64,000 nucleotides of DNA from Deltaproteobacteria bacterium (GTDB lineage: Bacteria > Myxococcota > Myxococcia > Myxococcales > 40CM-4-68-19), in NCBI GenBank assembly GCA_025358085.1, contig JANYKT010000122.1:8323-72322 (forward strand), given 5' to 3'. The notes under the pieces are model-generated. The model ran no database searches. It was given only the letters and a program-made list of their open reading frames with translations, and had not been told where the DNA came from. The position numbers were made by a program, and so were the translations under genes. Shown one piece after another: positions 36,748 through 45,225 of this stretch. How positions within the stretch are numbered: the first letter of the stretch is position 1; each line of letters starts with the position of its first letter.

Positions 36748-37059
36748 ATGCCGAAGACTCCAAACCTTGAAGGGAAGCCCGTCGTTTCCTTCCGGCTTTC
36801 CTATTCCGTCATGGCCTGGTTGAGACACGCCGCGGCCGAACGGAACTGGTCGATGAACGAGTACGTTGCGCGCGTCCTGGATGGCATGCGCGACTGGTGG
36901 GCGCTCCCCAAAATGATCGCCGAGGTGCTGGAAGCGGACCGCAAGGGGATGGGACTCGATCAGTACGAGTACATCGGCCACCTTCTCGCCCGCCGCTACA
37001 ACGAGATCCGCGACCAAGGCGGGCCCGGATTCGAGAAGAAGGCGAAGGGGCACAAATGA
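36748..37059 (+). CDS. ribbon-helix-helix (Arc/CopG-like) protein
   Basis: VSFRLSYSVMAWLRHAAAERNWSMNEYVARVL has a beta-strand plus two-helix pattern. Confidence 0.55.
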   Translation: MPKTPNLEGKPVVSFRLSYSVMAWLRHAAAERNWSMNEYVARVLDGMRDWWALPKMIAEVLEADRKGMGLDQYEYIGHLLARRYNEIRDQGGPGFEKKAKGHK

Positions 37060-37262
37060 GAAGTTCCGAGATCAACGCCAACGAAGCTTTGTGGACGGTC
37101 CGCGAAGCGGCTGCGTTCCTGCGGCTTGGCCGCAACACCGTGTACGAATGGGCAGCGAACGGGAAACTGCCGTCGCTCCGCCTCGGCTCACGCATTCGGT
37201 TCCTGCCCTCGGCGCTTCGTCGGTGGCTCGCGGTACAAATCGATCTTTCGCGGAGAACGTGA
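37056..37262 (+). CDS. xis: excisionase-family HTH protein
   Basis: LWTVREAAAFLRLGRNTVYEWAANGKLPSLRLGSRIRF. ATGA overlap with the RHH gene, and its stop overlaps the int ATG (TGATG). Confidence 0.7.
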   Translation: MRSSEINANEALWTVREAAAFLRLGRNTVYEWAANGKLPSLRLGSRIRFLPSALRRWLAVQIDLSRRT

Positions 37263-38674
37263 TGGCCGAGCCGTTTCAGCGAGACGGAAAGTGGTACGGG
37301 CGCGTGAAGAATGCGGCCGGCCTATGGCGCAACGTCCTCTTGGGAGAGGCGCGCACAAAGGCCCAAGCGCGCGAGCTGCAAGATGCGCTCGCGCTGCGCT
37401 CTCGGCGGCAGCGCGACGGCCTCGAGCCGATGCCGACCGACCGCGCGTTCACCGTCGGCGCGCTGCTTCGTTGGTGGCTCAATACATACGTTGCCGGCAA
37501 GACCTGGGCGGGCAGGGAAGAGGACCGCTTCCGGCTGTACTTCGAGAGCACCGACCTCGTCAGGCTGCCGCTCGTCGCGCTCACGGCCGGGCGGCTCGAG
37601 TTGTTCCTGCAGCACTGGTCGCAGAAGGGACTCGCGCCAGCGTCGGTTAACAAGCTGCGTGCGATGGTGCGCACCGCGTTCAACCGCGCACGCCGTGCGG
37701 ACTTGGTTCACGGCCAGAATCCCGCGTCGGACACGAAGCCGCGCAAGGTGCCGAAGCGCGCGCCCGCGTTCCTCGAGCCGCACGAAGTTCCGCGGCTGCT
37801 CGCCGAGCTCAGCGGTGAAGATCGGCCGGTCGTCGCCACTGCGCTCTACGCGGGCCTGCGCAAGGGCGAGCTGTTCGGCCTGCAGAAACGCGACGTCGAC
37901 CTGAAGCGGCGACTGCTCACGGTCCGCCGCTCCTACGACAACGACACCACCAAAGGCGGTCGCGAAGAGGCCGTGCCGGTCGCCGCCGCGCTGGCGCCGT
38001 ACCTCGAAGCGGCGCTCGACGCGTCGAAAGGCACGCTGCTCTTCCCGCGCGCTGACGGCAAGATGCGCACCGAGGCCGACAAGCTCGGCAAGCGCTTGCG
38101 CAGCGCTCTCAGCCGCGCGGGCCTCGTCGAGGGCTACCTGCACCTCTGCCGTCGCTGCAAGCGCAACGGCACGCCGCACGAGGAGAAGCACTCCGACTGC
38201 GAGCGCCGCCACTGCCCGAAGTGCAACATGCTCCTCTGGGCCAAGGCGCTCCCGAAGCGCTTCCGCCTGCACGACACGCGGCACACCACGGCCACGCTGC
38301 TCCTCGCTGCCGGCGTCGACCTCTACGCGGTCGCCCGAATCCTCCGGCACTCGGACCCCAAGATCACCTTCGAGACCTACGCGCACCTCGTGCCCGGCTA
38401 CCTGCATGCGCAGATCGATCGCCTGCCGAAGCTCGAAACTTTTGCTGCATTAGTGCTGCAAGCGCCTTCCGAGCCCCTCGATCCGGCTCGGGGGCAGCTT
38501 CAAGAAGGCCCTGATTCCCGCGTAGTTCAGTTGGCGCGCCTGAGAGGAGTCGAACCTCTGGCCCGCGGCTTCGAAGGCCGCTGCTCTGTCCAGCTGAGCT
38601 ACAGGCGCGTGGGAAGAGCTTATCGCAGAGGCGGCTCGGTTGCGCGCACCTTCTGGAAAGCAGCGCGCCGGTAG
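37262..38674 (+). CDS. int: tyrosine recombinase / phage-type integrase
   Basis: Catalytic residues are in RLHDTRHTTATLL...ARILRHSDPKITFETYAHL (R, HxxR, Y). The reading frame has no stop until 38674, so it runs across the att core and the opposite-strand tRNA. Confidence 0.9.
   Translation: MAEPFQRDGKWYGRVKNAAGLWRNVLLGEARTKAQARELQDALALRSRRQRDGLEPMPTDRAFTVGALLRWWLNTYVAGKTWAGREEDRFRLYFESTDLVRLPLVALTAGRLELFLQHWSQKGLAPASVNKLRAMVRTAFNRARRADLVHGQNPASDTKPRKVPKRAPAFLEPHEVPRLLAELSGEDRPVVATALYAGLRKGELFGLQKRDVDLKRRLLTVRRSYDNDTTKGGREEAVPVAAALAPYLEAALDASKGTLLFPRADGKMRTEADKLGKRLRSALSRAGLVEGYLHLCRRCKRNGTPHEEKHSDCERRHCPKCNMLLWAKALPKRFRLHDTRHTTATLLLAAGVDLYAVARILRHSDPKITFETYAHLVPGYLHAQIDRLPKLETFAALVLQAPSEPLDPARGQLQEGPDSRVVQLARLRGVEPLARGFEGRCSVQLSYRRVGRAYRRGGSVARTFWKAARR
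38441..38462. repeat. 22-bp direct repeat, copy 2 (possible integrase arm-type site)
   Basis: tttgctgcattagtgctgcaag, partner at 27783-27804. Confidence 0.5.
38492..38576. repeat. proximal att repeat (element-borne 3' half of tRNA-Arg plus flank)
   Basis: See 27583-27666. This copy completes the functional tRNA. Confidence 0.65.
38532..38608 (-). tRNA. tRNA-Arg (anticodon TCG), CCA encoded
   Basis: Reverse complement: gcgcctg-ta-gctcagctggacagagc-a-gcggc-cttcgaa-gccgc-gggcc-agagg-ttcgact-cctct-caggcgc-g-cca. Confidence 0.9.
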
Positions 38675-38761
38675 TCCTTGACGGCCTCCCAGCCTCGATC
38701 TAGAAGGCTCGCTCCCTGCGGAGGACTTTGCCATGGGGAGAAGTGGAGCTTGTACAATTTT

Positions 38762-38856
<95 letters not shown>

Positions 38857-38879
38857 GCCGTTCGTAGCCGTTTCGGGAT

Positions 38880-38956
38880 GGGCCCATAGCTCAGTTGGAT
38901 AGAGCGTCGGACTACGAATCCGAAGGCCGCTGGTTCGAATCCAGCTGGGCCCACCA
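38880..38956 (+). tRNA. tRNA-Arg (anticodon ACG), CCA encoded
   Basis: gggccca-ta-gctcagttggatagagc...tcgga-ctacgaa-tccga...ggttcgaatcc...tgggccc-a-cca. Confidence 0.9.
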
Positions 38957-39027
38957 ATTCAAAAGAAGAGCACCGGGAAGTTTGGATCTCACTTCCTCCT
39001 CGGCTGACCGCGTCCAGGCCGCGCGCG

Positions 39028-39102
39028 CCGGATTGCCGCGCTTGCGGCAAGTGCGTCACCGCGTGCCCCGAGAAGGCGATTGCGCTCAAACTCATTGTCT
39101 GA
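39028..39102 (+). pseudogene. orphan 3' fragment of a 4Fe-4S ferredoxin gene
   Basis: Reads PDCRACGKCVTACPEKAIALKLIV* (CxxCxxCxxxCP). The frame runs back into the tRNA with no start codon. Confidence 0.3.
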
Positions 39103-39119
39103 GGCCCAGCGCAAAAACT

Positions 39120-41750
39120 CTAATCGCTGTCCGGCTCTGGCTCTCCGCTTTGCTGCAAGAGCTTCGCCACCAGCCCCGTCCAGCCGGTCTGGTGAATCGC
39201 GCCCAGGCCTTTGCCGGTATCGCCGTCGAAGTATTCGTGGAAGAGCAGGTGCTCGGCAAAGTGGGGATCCGTCTGTTGTTTCACGTCGTCGCCCAGCGAG
39301 GGCCGCTTGCCATCGGAGTTGCGCAGGAAGAGTGACGAGAGCCGCCGGGAAAGCTCGGCCGCCACCTCCGCCAGGTGCAGCCAACGGCCCGAACCGGTGG
39401 GGAACTCCACCTTGAACTTATCGCCCAGGTAATGATGAAATTTCTGCAGCGATTCAATCAACAGATAGTTGACCGGGAACCAGACCGGACCACGCCAATT
39501 GGAATTGCCGCCAAAGAGACCGCTCGAGGATTCGGCCGGCTCATATTTAACCTCCATCAATCGACTGTCGATCTCTAGTTGATAGGGCTTCCCCTGGTGA
39601 CGCTGCGAGAGCGCGCGGATGCCGTGCGGTGAGAGGAACTCGCGCTCGTCCAGCATCCGCGCCAGCACCCGGCGCAGCTTCTCGGGGTCGACGACGGAGA
39701 AGAGCCGGCGGCGCGCTACGCCCGGCTTGCTCATGCTGGCGACACCGTCCGTCAGGTCGGGCCGGTTGGCAATGAACCATTCCAGCCGTCGGGTGAAGTC
39801 GGGGAAGCGCTCCAGCAGTTCCTCCGGGAAGGTCTCGACCGCGAAGAGCGGAATCAGCCCCACCATCGAGCGGATGCGCAACTTGAGCGCGTCGTCGCGG
39901 TCGCCACGGTGGAGCAGGTCGTAATAGAAGCCGTCCTCCTCGTCCCAGAGACCGAGCGTATTCATCGCGTGAGCGATATTGACGAAATGCTCCCAGAACT
40001 TGCTGGCGACGTCGGCGTAGGTCTCGTCCTCGGAGGCGAGCTCCAGCGCGATGGCCAATAGATTGAGGCAATACATCGCCATCCAGCTGGTACCGTCGGA
40101 CTGCTCCAGGTGGCCACCGCCAGGCAGCGGCTTGCTGCGGTCGAAGACCCCGATGTTATCGAGTCCGAGAAAGCCGCCTTCGAAGACATTGCGTCCGTCC
40201 GTGTCCTTCCGATTCACCCACCAGGTGAAATTGAGCAACAACTTGTGGAACACGCGGCGGAGGAACTTGCGGTCTCCCTGGCCGTGTCGTTTCTGCTCCA
40301 TTTTATAGACGCGCAACGCGGCCCAGGCGAACACCGGCGGATTGACGTCTCCCAATGCCCATTCATAAGCGGGGATCTGGCCATTCGGGTGCATGTACCA
40401 TTCGCGCAGCAGGAGCAGCAGCTGCTCCTTGGCGAAGTCGCTGTCCACCATGGCCAATGGAATGCAATGAAAAGCCAGGTCCCAGGCGGCGAACCAGGGA
40501 TATTCCCATTTGTCCGGCATCGAGAGGACGTCCGAGGCGTGCAGGTGAGTCCAGTCCGCATTGCGGCCCTGCAGGCGTTCCGCCGGCGGCGGGGGCTGGC
40601 CTTCGTCTCCCTTCAGCCAATCGCGAACCACGTAATGATAGTATTGCTTGGACCAGAGCATTCCCGAGAGCGACTGGCGCAGGACATTGGCGGCGTCGGC
40701 CGATAGATCCGGGGGAGTCACACTGGCATAGAATTCGTCGGCCTCAGCCTTGCGCAGCGCGATGATGCTTTTCACTTCCTGGACACTGGCTTGCTCGCGC
40801 GAGAGACGCAGCTGCACCACCGCGCTGCCTCCCGGCGGGATCTCGAAGAGATAGCGCGCCGAACACTTGGTGCCCGTCTGATCCGGATTCACCGCGGCGG
40901 CGACACCACTGACGACGTAGTCGTTGATCCCGTCCTTGGCATATCCCTGGTGCGGCTGGCCATAGAGCCGCGCACGATTGGTATCGTTGTCGGTGAACAG
41001 TAGATCGGGCGCGCCATCGCACTGCAACACGTGGCGTCCGTCGTGGTGATGCTCGGCCACCACCGTACCGTCCGCGGTGGCGCGCAGCGAGGGCCGCTTG
41101 CGATCGTGGCCCCACATCCAGGTATTGCGAAACCAGAGCGTGGGCAACAGCTGCAGCGCCGCTGCCTCCGGCCCGCGATTGACCGCCTCGATGCGGATGG
41201 CCAGGTCCTCGGGGCCTGCCTTGGCATATTCGACGAAGACGTCGAAGTAACGGTCGCCCTCGAAAACTCCGGCATCGATCAACTCGTACTCTTGCCCGGC
41301 GCGGCCACGGCGGCGGTTCTCCTCGATCAGCCGGGCATAGGGATAGGCCGCCTGCGGATACTTATAAAGATACTTCATGTACGAATGCGTCGGGGTGGAG
41401 TCGAGATAGTAATAGAGCTCTTTGACGTCCTCGCCGTGATTGCCCTGGTTCCCGGTCAAGCCGAAGAGACGCTCCTTGAGGATTGCGTCCTTGCCATTCC
41501 AGAGCGCGAGCGAGAAGCAGAGGTGCTGGTGCCGATCGCTGATGCCGGCCAACCCGTCCTCGTTCCAGCGATAAGCGCGCGACCGGGCGTGGTCGTGCGG
41601 AAGATCCTCCCAGGCGTCGCCTTTGGCGCTGTAATCCTCGCGCACGGTGCCCCAGGCGCGCTCGCTCAAATAGGGTCCCCAACGCTTCCAATGGGCGGAG
41701 CGATCGCGCGATTGAGCGAGCCGCAGCTCTTCCTTCGTCACCGCTTGCAC
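39120..41750 (-). CDS. GH63-like glycoside hydrolase (glucosidase, MGH1/YgjK-type)
   Basis: 876 aa. The N-terminal text [21 protein letters not shown]...[13 protein letters not shown] and the C-terminal (alpha/alpha)6-type region match bacterial proteins annotated as glucosidase, as I recall them. Confidence 0.7.
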   Translation of the reverse strand: MQAVTKEELRLAQSRDRSAHWKRWGPYLSERAWGTVREDYSAKGDAWEDLPHDHARSRAYRWNEDGLAGISDRHQHLCFSLALWNGKDAILKERLFGLTGNQGNHGEDVKELYYYLDSTPTHSYMKYLYKYPQAAYPYARLIEENRRRGRAGQEYELIDAGVFEGDRYFDVFVEYAKAGPEDLAIRIEAVNRGPEAAALQLLPTLWFRNTWMWGHDRKRPSLRATADGTVVAEHHHDGRHVLQCDGAPDLLFTDNDTNRARLYGQPHQGYAKDGINDYVVSGVAAAVNPDQTGTKCSARYLFEIPPGGSAVVQLRLSREQASVQEVKSIIALRKAEADEFYASVTPPDLSADAANVLRQSLSGMLWSKQYYHYVVRDWLKGDEGQPPPPAERLQGRNADWTHLHASDVLSMPDKWEYPWFAAWDLAFHCIPLAMVDSDFAKEQLLLLLREWYMHPNGQIPAYEWALGDVNPPVFAWAALRVYKMEQKRHGQGDRKFLRRVFHKLLLNFTWWVNRKDTDGRNVFEGGFLGLDNIGVFDRSKPLPGGGHLEQSDGTSWMAMYCLNLLAIALELASEDETYADVASKFWEHFVNIAHAMNTLGLWDEEDGFYYDLLHRGDRDDALKLRIRSMVGLIPLFAVETFPEELLERFPDFTRRLEWFIANRPDLTDGVASMSKPGVARRRLFSVVDPEKLRRVLARMLDEREFLSPHGIRALSQRHQGKPYQLEIDSRLMEVKYEPAESSSGLFGGNSNWRGPVWFPVNYLLIESLQKFHHYLGDKFKVEFPTGSGRWLHLAEVAAELSRRLSSLFLRNSDGKRPSLGDDVKQQTDPHFAEHLLFHEYFDGDTGKGLGAIHQTGWTGLVAKLLQQSGEPEPDSD

Positions 41751-41911
41751 TGTTCGGGCGCGGCCTGGGCAGGCTTCATGGGACCCAGCGTAATCGAAGG
41801 GCGCGGGGATGCAACGAACCGGACCAATCGACCAGCATGGAGAAAATCAAGCAAGCAGGCAGGCACCGTCTCGACCGGGCCACCATCTTCATCTCACTGG
41901 AGGTATCAAAA

Positions 41912-42067
41912 ATGCTCGCAATCATCGGTGCCATTGTCTTGATCGCCTGGCTTCTCGGTATGACCGCCTTCCACGTGACCGGGGGTCTCATCCACATCGC
42001 GCTCGTCGTCGGTGTGATCCTGCTGATCCTGCACTTCGTCACGGGCCGCCGCGGCACAGTCGTTTAG
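41912..42067 (+). CDS. lmo0937-family small membrane protein
   Basis: MLAIIGAIVLIAWLLGMTAFHVTGGLIHIALVVGVILLILHFVTGRR. ggagg lies 8 nt upstream. Confidence 0.6.
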   Translation: MLAIIGAIVLIAWLLGMTAFHVTGGLIHIALVVGVILLILHFVTGRRGTVV

Positions 42068-42342
42068 CCTTGCCTGCGGACCCGCGCGCGGGGCGCGAGC
42101 CCGCGGGTCTTTCAGCCGGTCGCAGCGTACGCCTGGAAGACGGCGTGCAGGTCTTCGGTTTCGAAAACCTCGGTTGCGAGTACGCTGCGGACCAGCGCGA
42201 CGGGAGCCAGGGAATTGTCATCTCGCCACACGCGACGGTGAGTCCGCGGGGCGGCCCGGAGCGCGCCTTTCACGCGGCCAGGGCCTTCGTGTTCAAAGCC
42301 TCCCGTTGCGGGCGCGGGTCGCGCGTGCTAGATCGCCCGCCG

Positions 42343-42382
42343 CTCTTTGAATGCCTTTGAATGCTTTTGAGTGCCTTTGAAT
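42343..42382. repeat. 10-bp tandem repeat x4 at the tadA start
   Basis: ctctttga-atgcctttga-atgcttttga-gtgcctttga-at. The last unit supplies the GTG at 42371. Confidence 0.7.
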
Positions 42383-42835
42383 CAGCCCGACGATGCGACC
42401 TGGATGACCGAAGCCCTCGCCGAGGCCCGCAAGGCTGGCGAGGACGGCGAGGTGCCCATCGGCGCGGTGGTCGTCGCGGACGGCCGCGTGGTGGGCCGGG
42501 GTCGCAACGCCCGCGAGCGGCTGCGAGACCCGACCGCGCACGCCGAGGTGTTGGCGCTGCAGGACGCGGCGCGGACCCTGGGCCGCTGGCGCCTGACTGG
42601 TGCCGAGCTCTTCGCGACCCTCGAGCCCTGCCCGATGTGTGCGGGCGCGCTGGTGAATGCGCGGCTCGCGCGGCTGGTGTTCGCGGTGGCCGACCCGAAA
42701 GCGGGCGCGGCCGGGACTTTGTTCGACATCGTTCGCGATGCGCGGCTGAACCACCGGCTGGAGGTGGCGAGCGGCGTCCTCGCGGTCGAGTGCGGAACGC
42801 TGCTCACGTCGTTTTTTCGTGCGCGGCGGAAGTAG
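42371..42835 (+). CDS. tadA: tRNA adenosine(34) deaminase
   Basis: HAEVLAL and LEPCPMCAGAL zinc-binding motifs. An alternative ATG at 42404 is possible. Confidence 0.9.
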   Translation: MPLNQPDDATWMTEALAEARKAGEDGEVPIGAVVVADGRVVGRGRNARERLRDPTAHAEVLALQDAARTLGRWRLTGAELFATLEPCPMCAGALVNARLARLVFAVADPKAGAAGTLFDIVRDARLNHRLEVASGVLAVECGTLLTSFFRARRK

Positions 42836-42840
42836 ATTTT

Positions 42841-42928
42841 GGAGAGGTGGCCGAGCGGCCGAAGGCGCACGCTTGGAAAGCGTGTATACGGAAACGTATC
42901 GTGGGTTCGAATCCCACCCTCTCCGCCA
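42841..42928 (+). tRNA. tRNA-Ser (anticodon GGA), CCA encoded
   Basis: ggagagg...cacgc-ttggaaa-gcgtg, long variable arm, gtggg-ttcgaat-cccac, cctctcc-g-cca. Confidence 0.9.
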
Positions 42929-42995
42929 ATACATCCCTTGACTGCGCGGTGCGGATCAGGGAGGAAGCGCAGCAAGTTTCACCGTACGACTGTTG

Positions 42996-43083
42996 GGAGA
43001 GCTGGCCGAGCGGCTGAAGGCACCTGATTCGAAATCAGGAGACGCGCAAGCGTTCGGGGGTTCGAATCCCTCGCTCTCCGCCA
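42996..43083 (+). tRNA. tRNA-Ser (anticodon CGA), CCA encoded
   Basis: ggagagc...cctga-ttcgaaa-tcagg, long variable arm, ggttcgaatcc, gctctcc-g-cca. Confidence 0.9.
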
Positions 43084-43118
43084 CATCAAACTTGCAGGAC
43101 GACCAGCAAGATTGATGG

Positions 43119-43730
43119 TTACTTCTGCGAGATGCCTTCCGCCTGCAGTGCCGCTCTTACAGCTGGCCGGCTCGCGATGCGCTCCAGGTACGCCTGGAGC
43201 GCGGGAAGACCGCCCAGGTCCAGGCCCGCGTGCTTCGCCCAACGCGAGACGGTGAAGAGGTAGCCGTCCACCACGGTGAAGTGGTCGCCGAGCAGAAAGT
43301 CCCTGCCTTTGAGCTGCTGTTGAACCCATTCGTACTTCTTCAGCAGCGCCTCGCGCGTGGCTACCTTGACCTCGTCCGGATTCCGCGGATTGAAGAGGAT
43401 CGAATAAGTCTTATGCAGTTCCGTCCCCACGTAGTTGAGCGCTTCCATCAATCGATAGCGTTCGATTGTTCCCGCCTTGGGAGCGAGCCCGGACTCAGGC
43501 TTCTGGTCGGCGATGTACTGCACGATCGCCGCACCTTCAGTGAGCACCTGGCCGTCGTCGAGTTGCAGCGCCGGGACCGCGCCCTTCGAGTTGACGGCCT
43601 TGTAGTCCGCGCCAGCCGCGGTCTTGCCCGCTTTGGTATCGACCTTCACGGCCTCGAACGGCAGGCCCGCTTCCTTCAAGGCGATGTGCGGAGAAAGAGA
43701 ACAGGCGCCGGGCGAATAGAAGAGCTTCAT
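43119..43730 (-). CDS. glutathione S-transferase
   Basis: MKLFYSPGACSLSPHIALKEAGLPFE... is an N-terminal thioredoxin-like GST fold. Confidence 0.85.
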   Translation of the reverse strand: MKLFYSPGACSLSPHIALKEAGLPFEAVKVDTKAGKTAAGADYKAVNSKGAVPALQLDDGQVLTEGAAIVQYIADQKPESGLAPKAGTIERYRLMEALNYVGTELHKTYSILFNPRNPDEVKVATREALLKKYEWVQQQLKGRDFLLGDHFTVVDGYLFTVSRWAKHAGLDLGGLPALQAYLERIASRPAVRAALQAEGISQK

Positions 43731-43782
43731 TGCGAGACCTCCAATGGGACCCACTCAGATGCCGACAGTAGCGGTCCGTTGC

Positions 43783-44889
43783 TCAGGGCTCGTGGCAGGC
43801 GTGCAGGCCTTCAGGGGTGACGCACTTTCCGGTGCCCGCCGCGTCGCAATTCCGTCCCAGACACTGTTCATTTTGCGTGCACCCGCCGCCGTCGGCAAGC
43901 AACGCCTGGCAATGACCGGCCCCGTCGCAATATGCGCCGTCGAGGCAAGCCCCGTTGAAACAGCTCTGGCCGGGGCCCGGGGGCATGACGCAAGTCCCGT
44001 TGCTGCAATTCAGGCCATGCGCGCACCCATTTAAATCGCTGCCAGGCGTGCACCCGGCGCTCACCTCACCCGGCGCGCTGCAAACGCCCGGATGCAGGGG
44101 CTTGCGCGCGAAGCCGGCGCAGACGAGGCCGTCCTGGCACTCGTTCTCGGCGGATTGCGCATGGTCCTGGTCCTCGCCGCAAGGCTTGCCCAAAGAAACT
44201 TTCTTGCGGCACAGCCCGCCGCCGCTGGCGAACTGGCAATAGAGACCGGTCGCACACTGGTCGTCCGCGCCGCAGACCGCCTGCTCGTTGGACTGCGGAG
44301 CGCATCTGGAATCGAAGCTGTTGCAGAAAAGCCCTCCCGCGCAGCGGCTGGTCTCGTCACAGGTGAGCCCGGCGGTGAGCGGGGGGCTGCAGACGCTCGC
44401 GATGCATTCGAGCCCGAGCCGCGCATCGCATTGTGCGTTGTTGGTGCCGGGACATTGCGCGCCTGTCCCGAGCGCGGCCCCGCAGGTGGCCGGGCAGCCG
44501 GAGTCGCCGCTGCAATAGCCGTGCGCGCATTCGAGAAACCAGGAGCAGGCCGCGCCGTCGGCGACCAGGCCGCGAACTGCGTTCACGCAGGCGGTCGGCG
44601 ACTCGGTGACGCGGCCACAGCCCCGCCCGTTGAGCGCGTTGAGACATGCCTGCGCCTGGACGGGGTCGAAGGCGGCGCGGCCCAGCTTGATTGCCTTTGG
44701 CAAGTCAATCGCGAAGATGTCGCGCGTATCGGCAAGGTCCTGTTGCGCGAGGTAGCTGGCCTCGTGCCGGCACCGGCTGACGGGCGCGCTGTAGGCTTGC
44801 GCGTAGGCGGTGGGGAACTCGGCAGCGGTAAGGTTCCCCTGACCACAGGCGGCCGACCCAGCCACGAACAGCGTCAAGATTCGTCGCAT
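43783..44889 (-). CDS. Cys-rich repeat lipoprotein (myxobacterial type)
   Basis: Lipobox LFVAGSAAC. More than 40 Cys residues in reiterated C..G..C......C patterns. Confidence 0.7.
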   Translation of the reverse strand: MRRILTLFVAGSAACGQGNLTAAEFPTAYAQAYSAPVSRCRHEASYLAQQDLADTRDIFAIDLPKAIKLGRAAFDPVQAQACLNALNGRGCGRVTESPTACVNAVRGLVADGAACSWFLECAHGYCSGDSGCPATCGAALGTGAQCPGTNNAQCDARLGLECIASVCSPPLTAGLTCDETSRCAGGLFCNSFDSRCAPQSNEQAVCGADDQCATGLYCQFASGGGLCRKKVSLGKPCGEDQDHAQSAENECQDGLVCAGFARKPLHPGVCSAPGEVSAGCTPGSDLNGCAHGLNCSNGTCVMPPGPGQSCFNGACLDGAYCDGAGHCQALLADGGGCTQNEQCLGRNCDAAGTGKCVTPEGLHACHEP

Positions 44890-44983
44890 AGGACGCGGAC
44901 TCTATCGCGGCTTGCGCCCGAAGACAGTGGCTGGTAGGAAGTGCCCCCCCTCGCCATGGGGGCTGTGTGAGTTCGTGGCAGAC

Positions 44984-45112
<129 letters not shown>

Positions 45113-45225
45113 TGATTTTCCCCGCGGCTGACCTCAAGCCGGGCGCGGGTTCCCCTAGCACGGCTTAGTGCCCCGCGCGGGCCGCCGCCGTGGGCTGCTC
45201 GGCAGCCTGGAGTTTGCAAGGCCCG

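Larger units (their letters stand above)
27583..38576. mobile_element. integrative element (genomic island) in tRNA-Arg(TCG)
   Basis: Flanking 84/85-bp direct repeats derived from the tRNA 3' half, with int-xis adjacent to the tRNA. It also has replication-relaxation and RHH genes and lower-G+C cargo. Confidence 0.7.
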
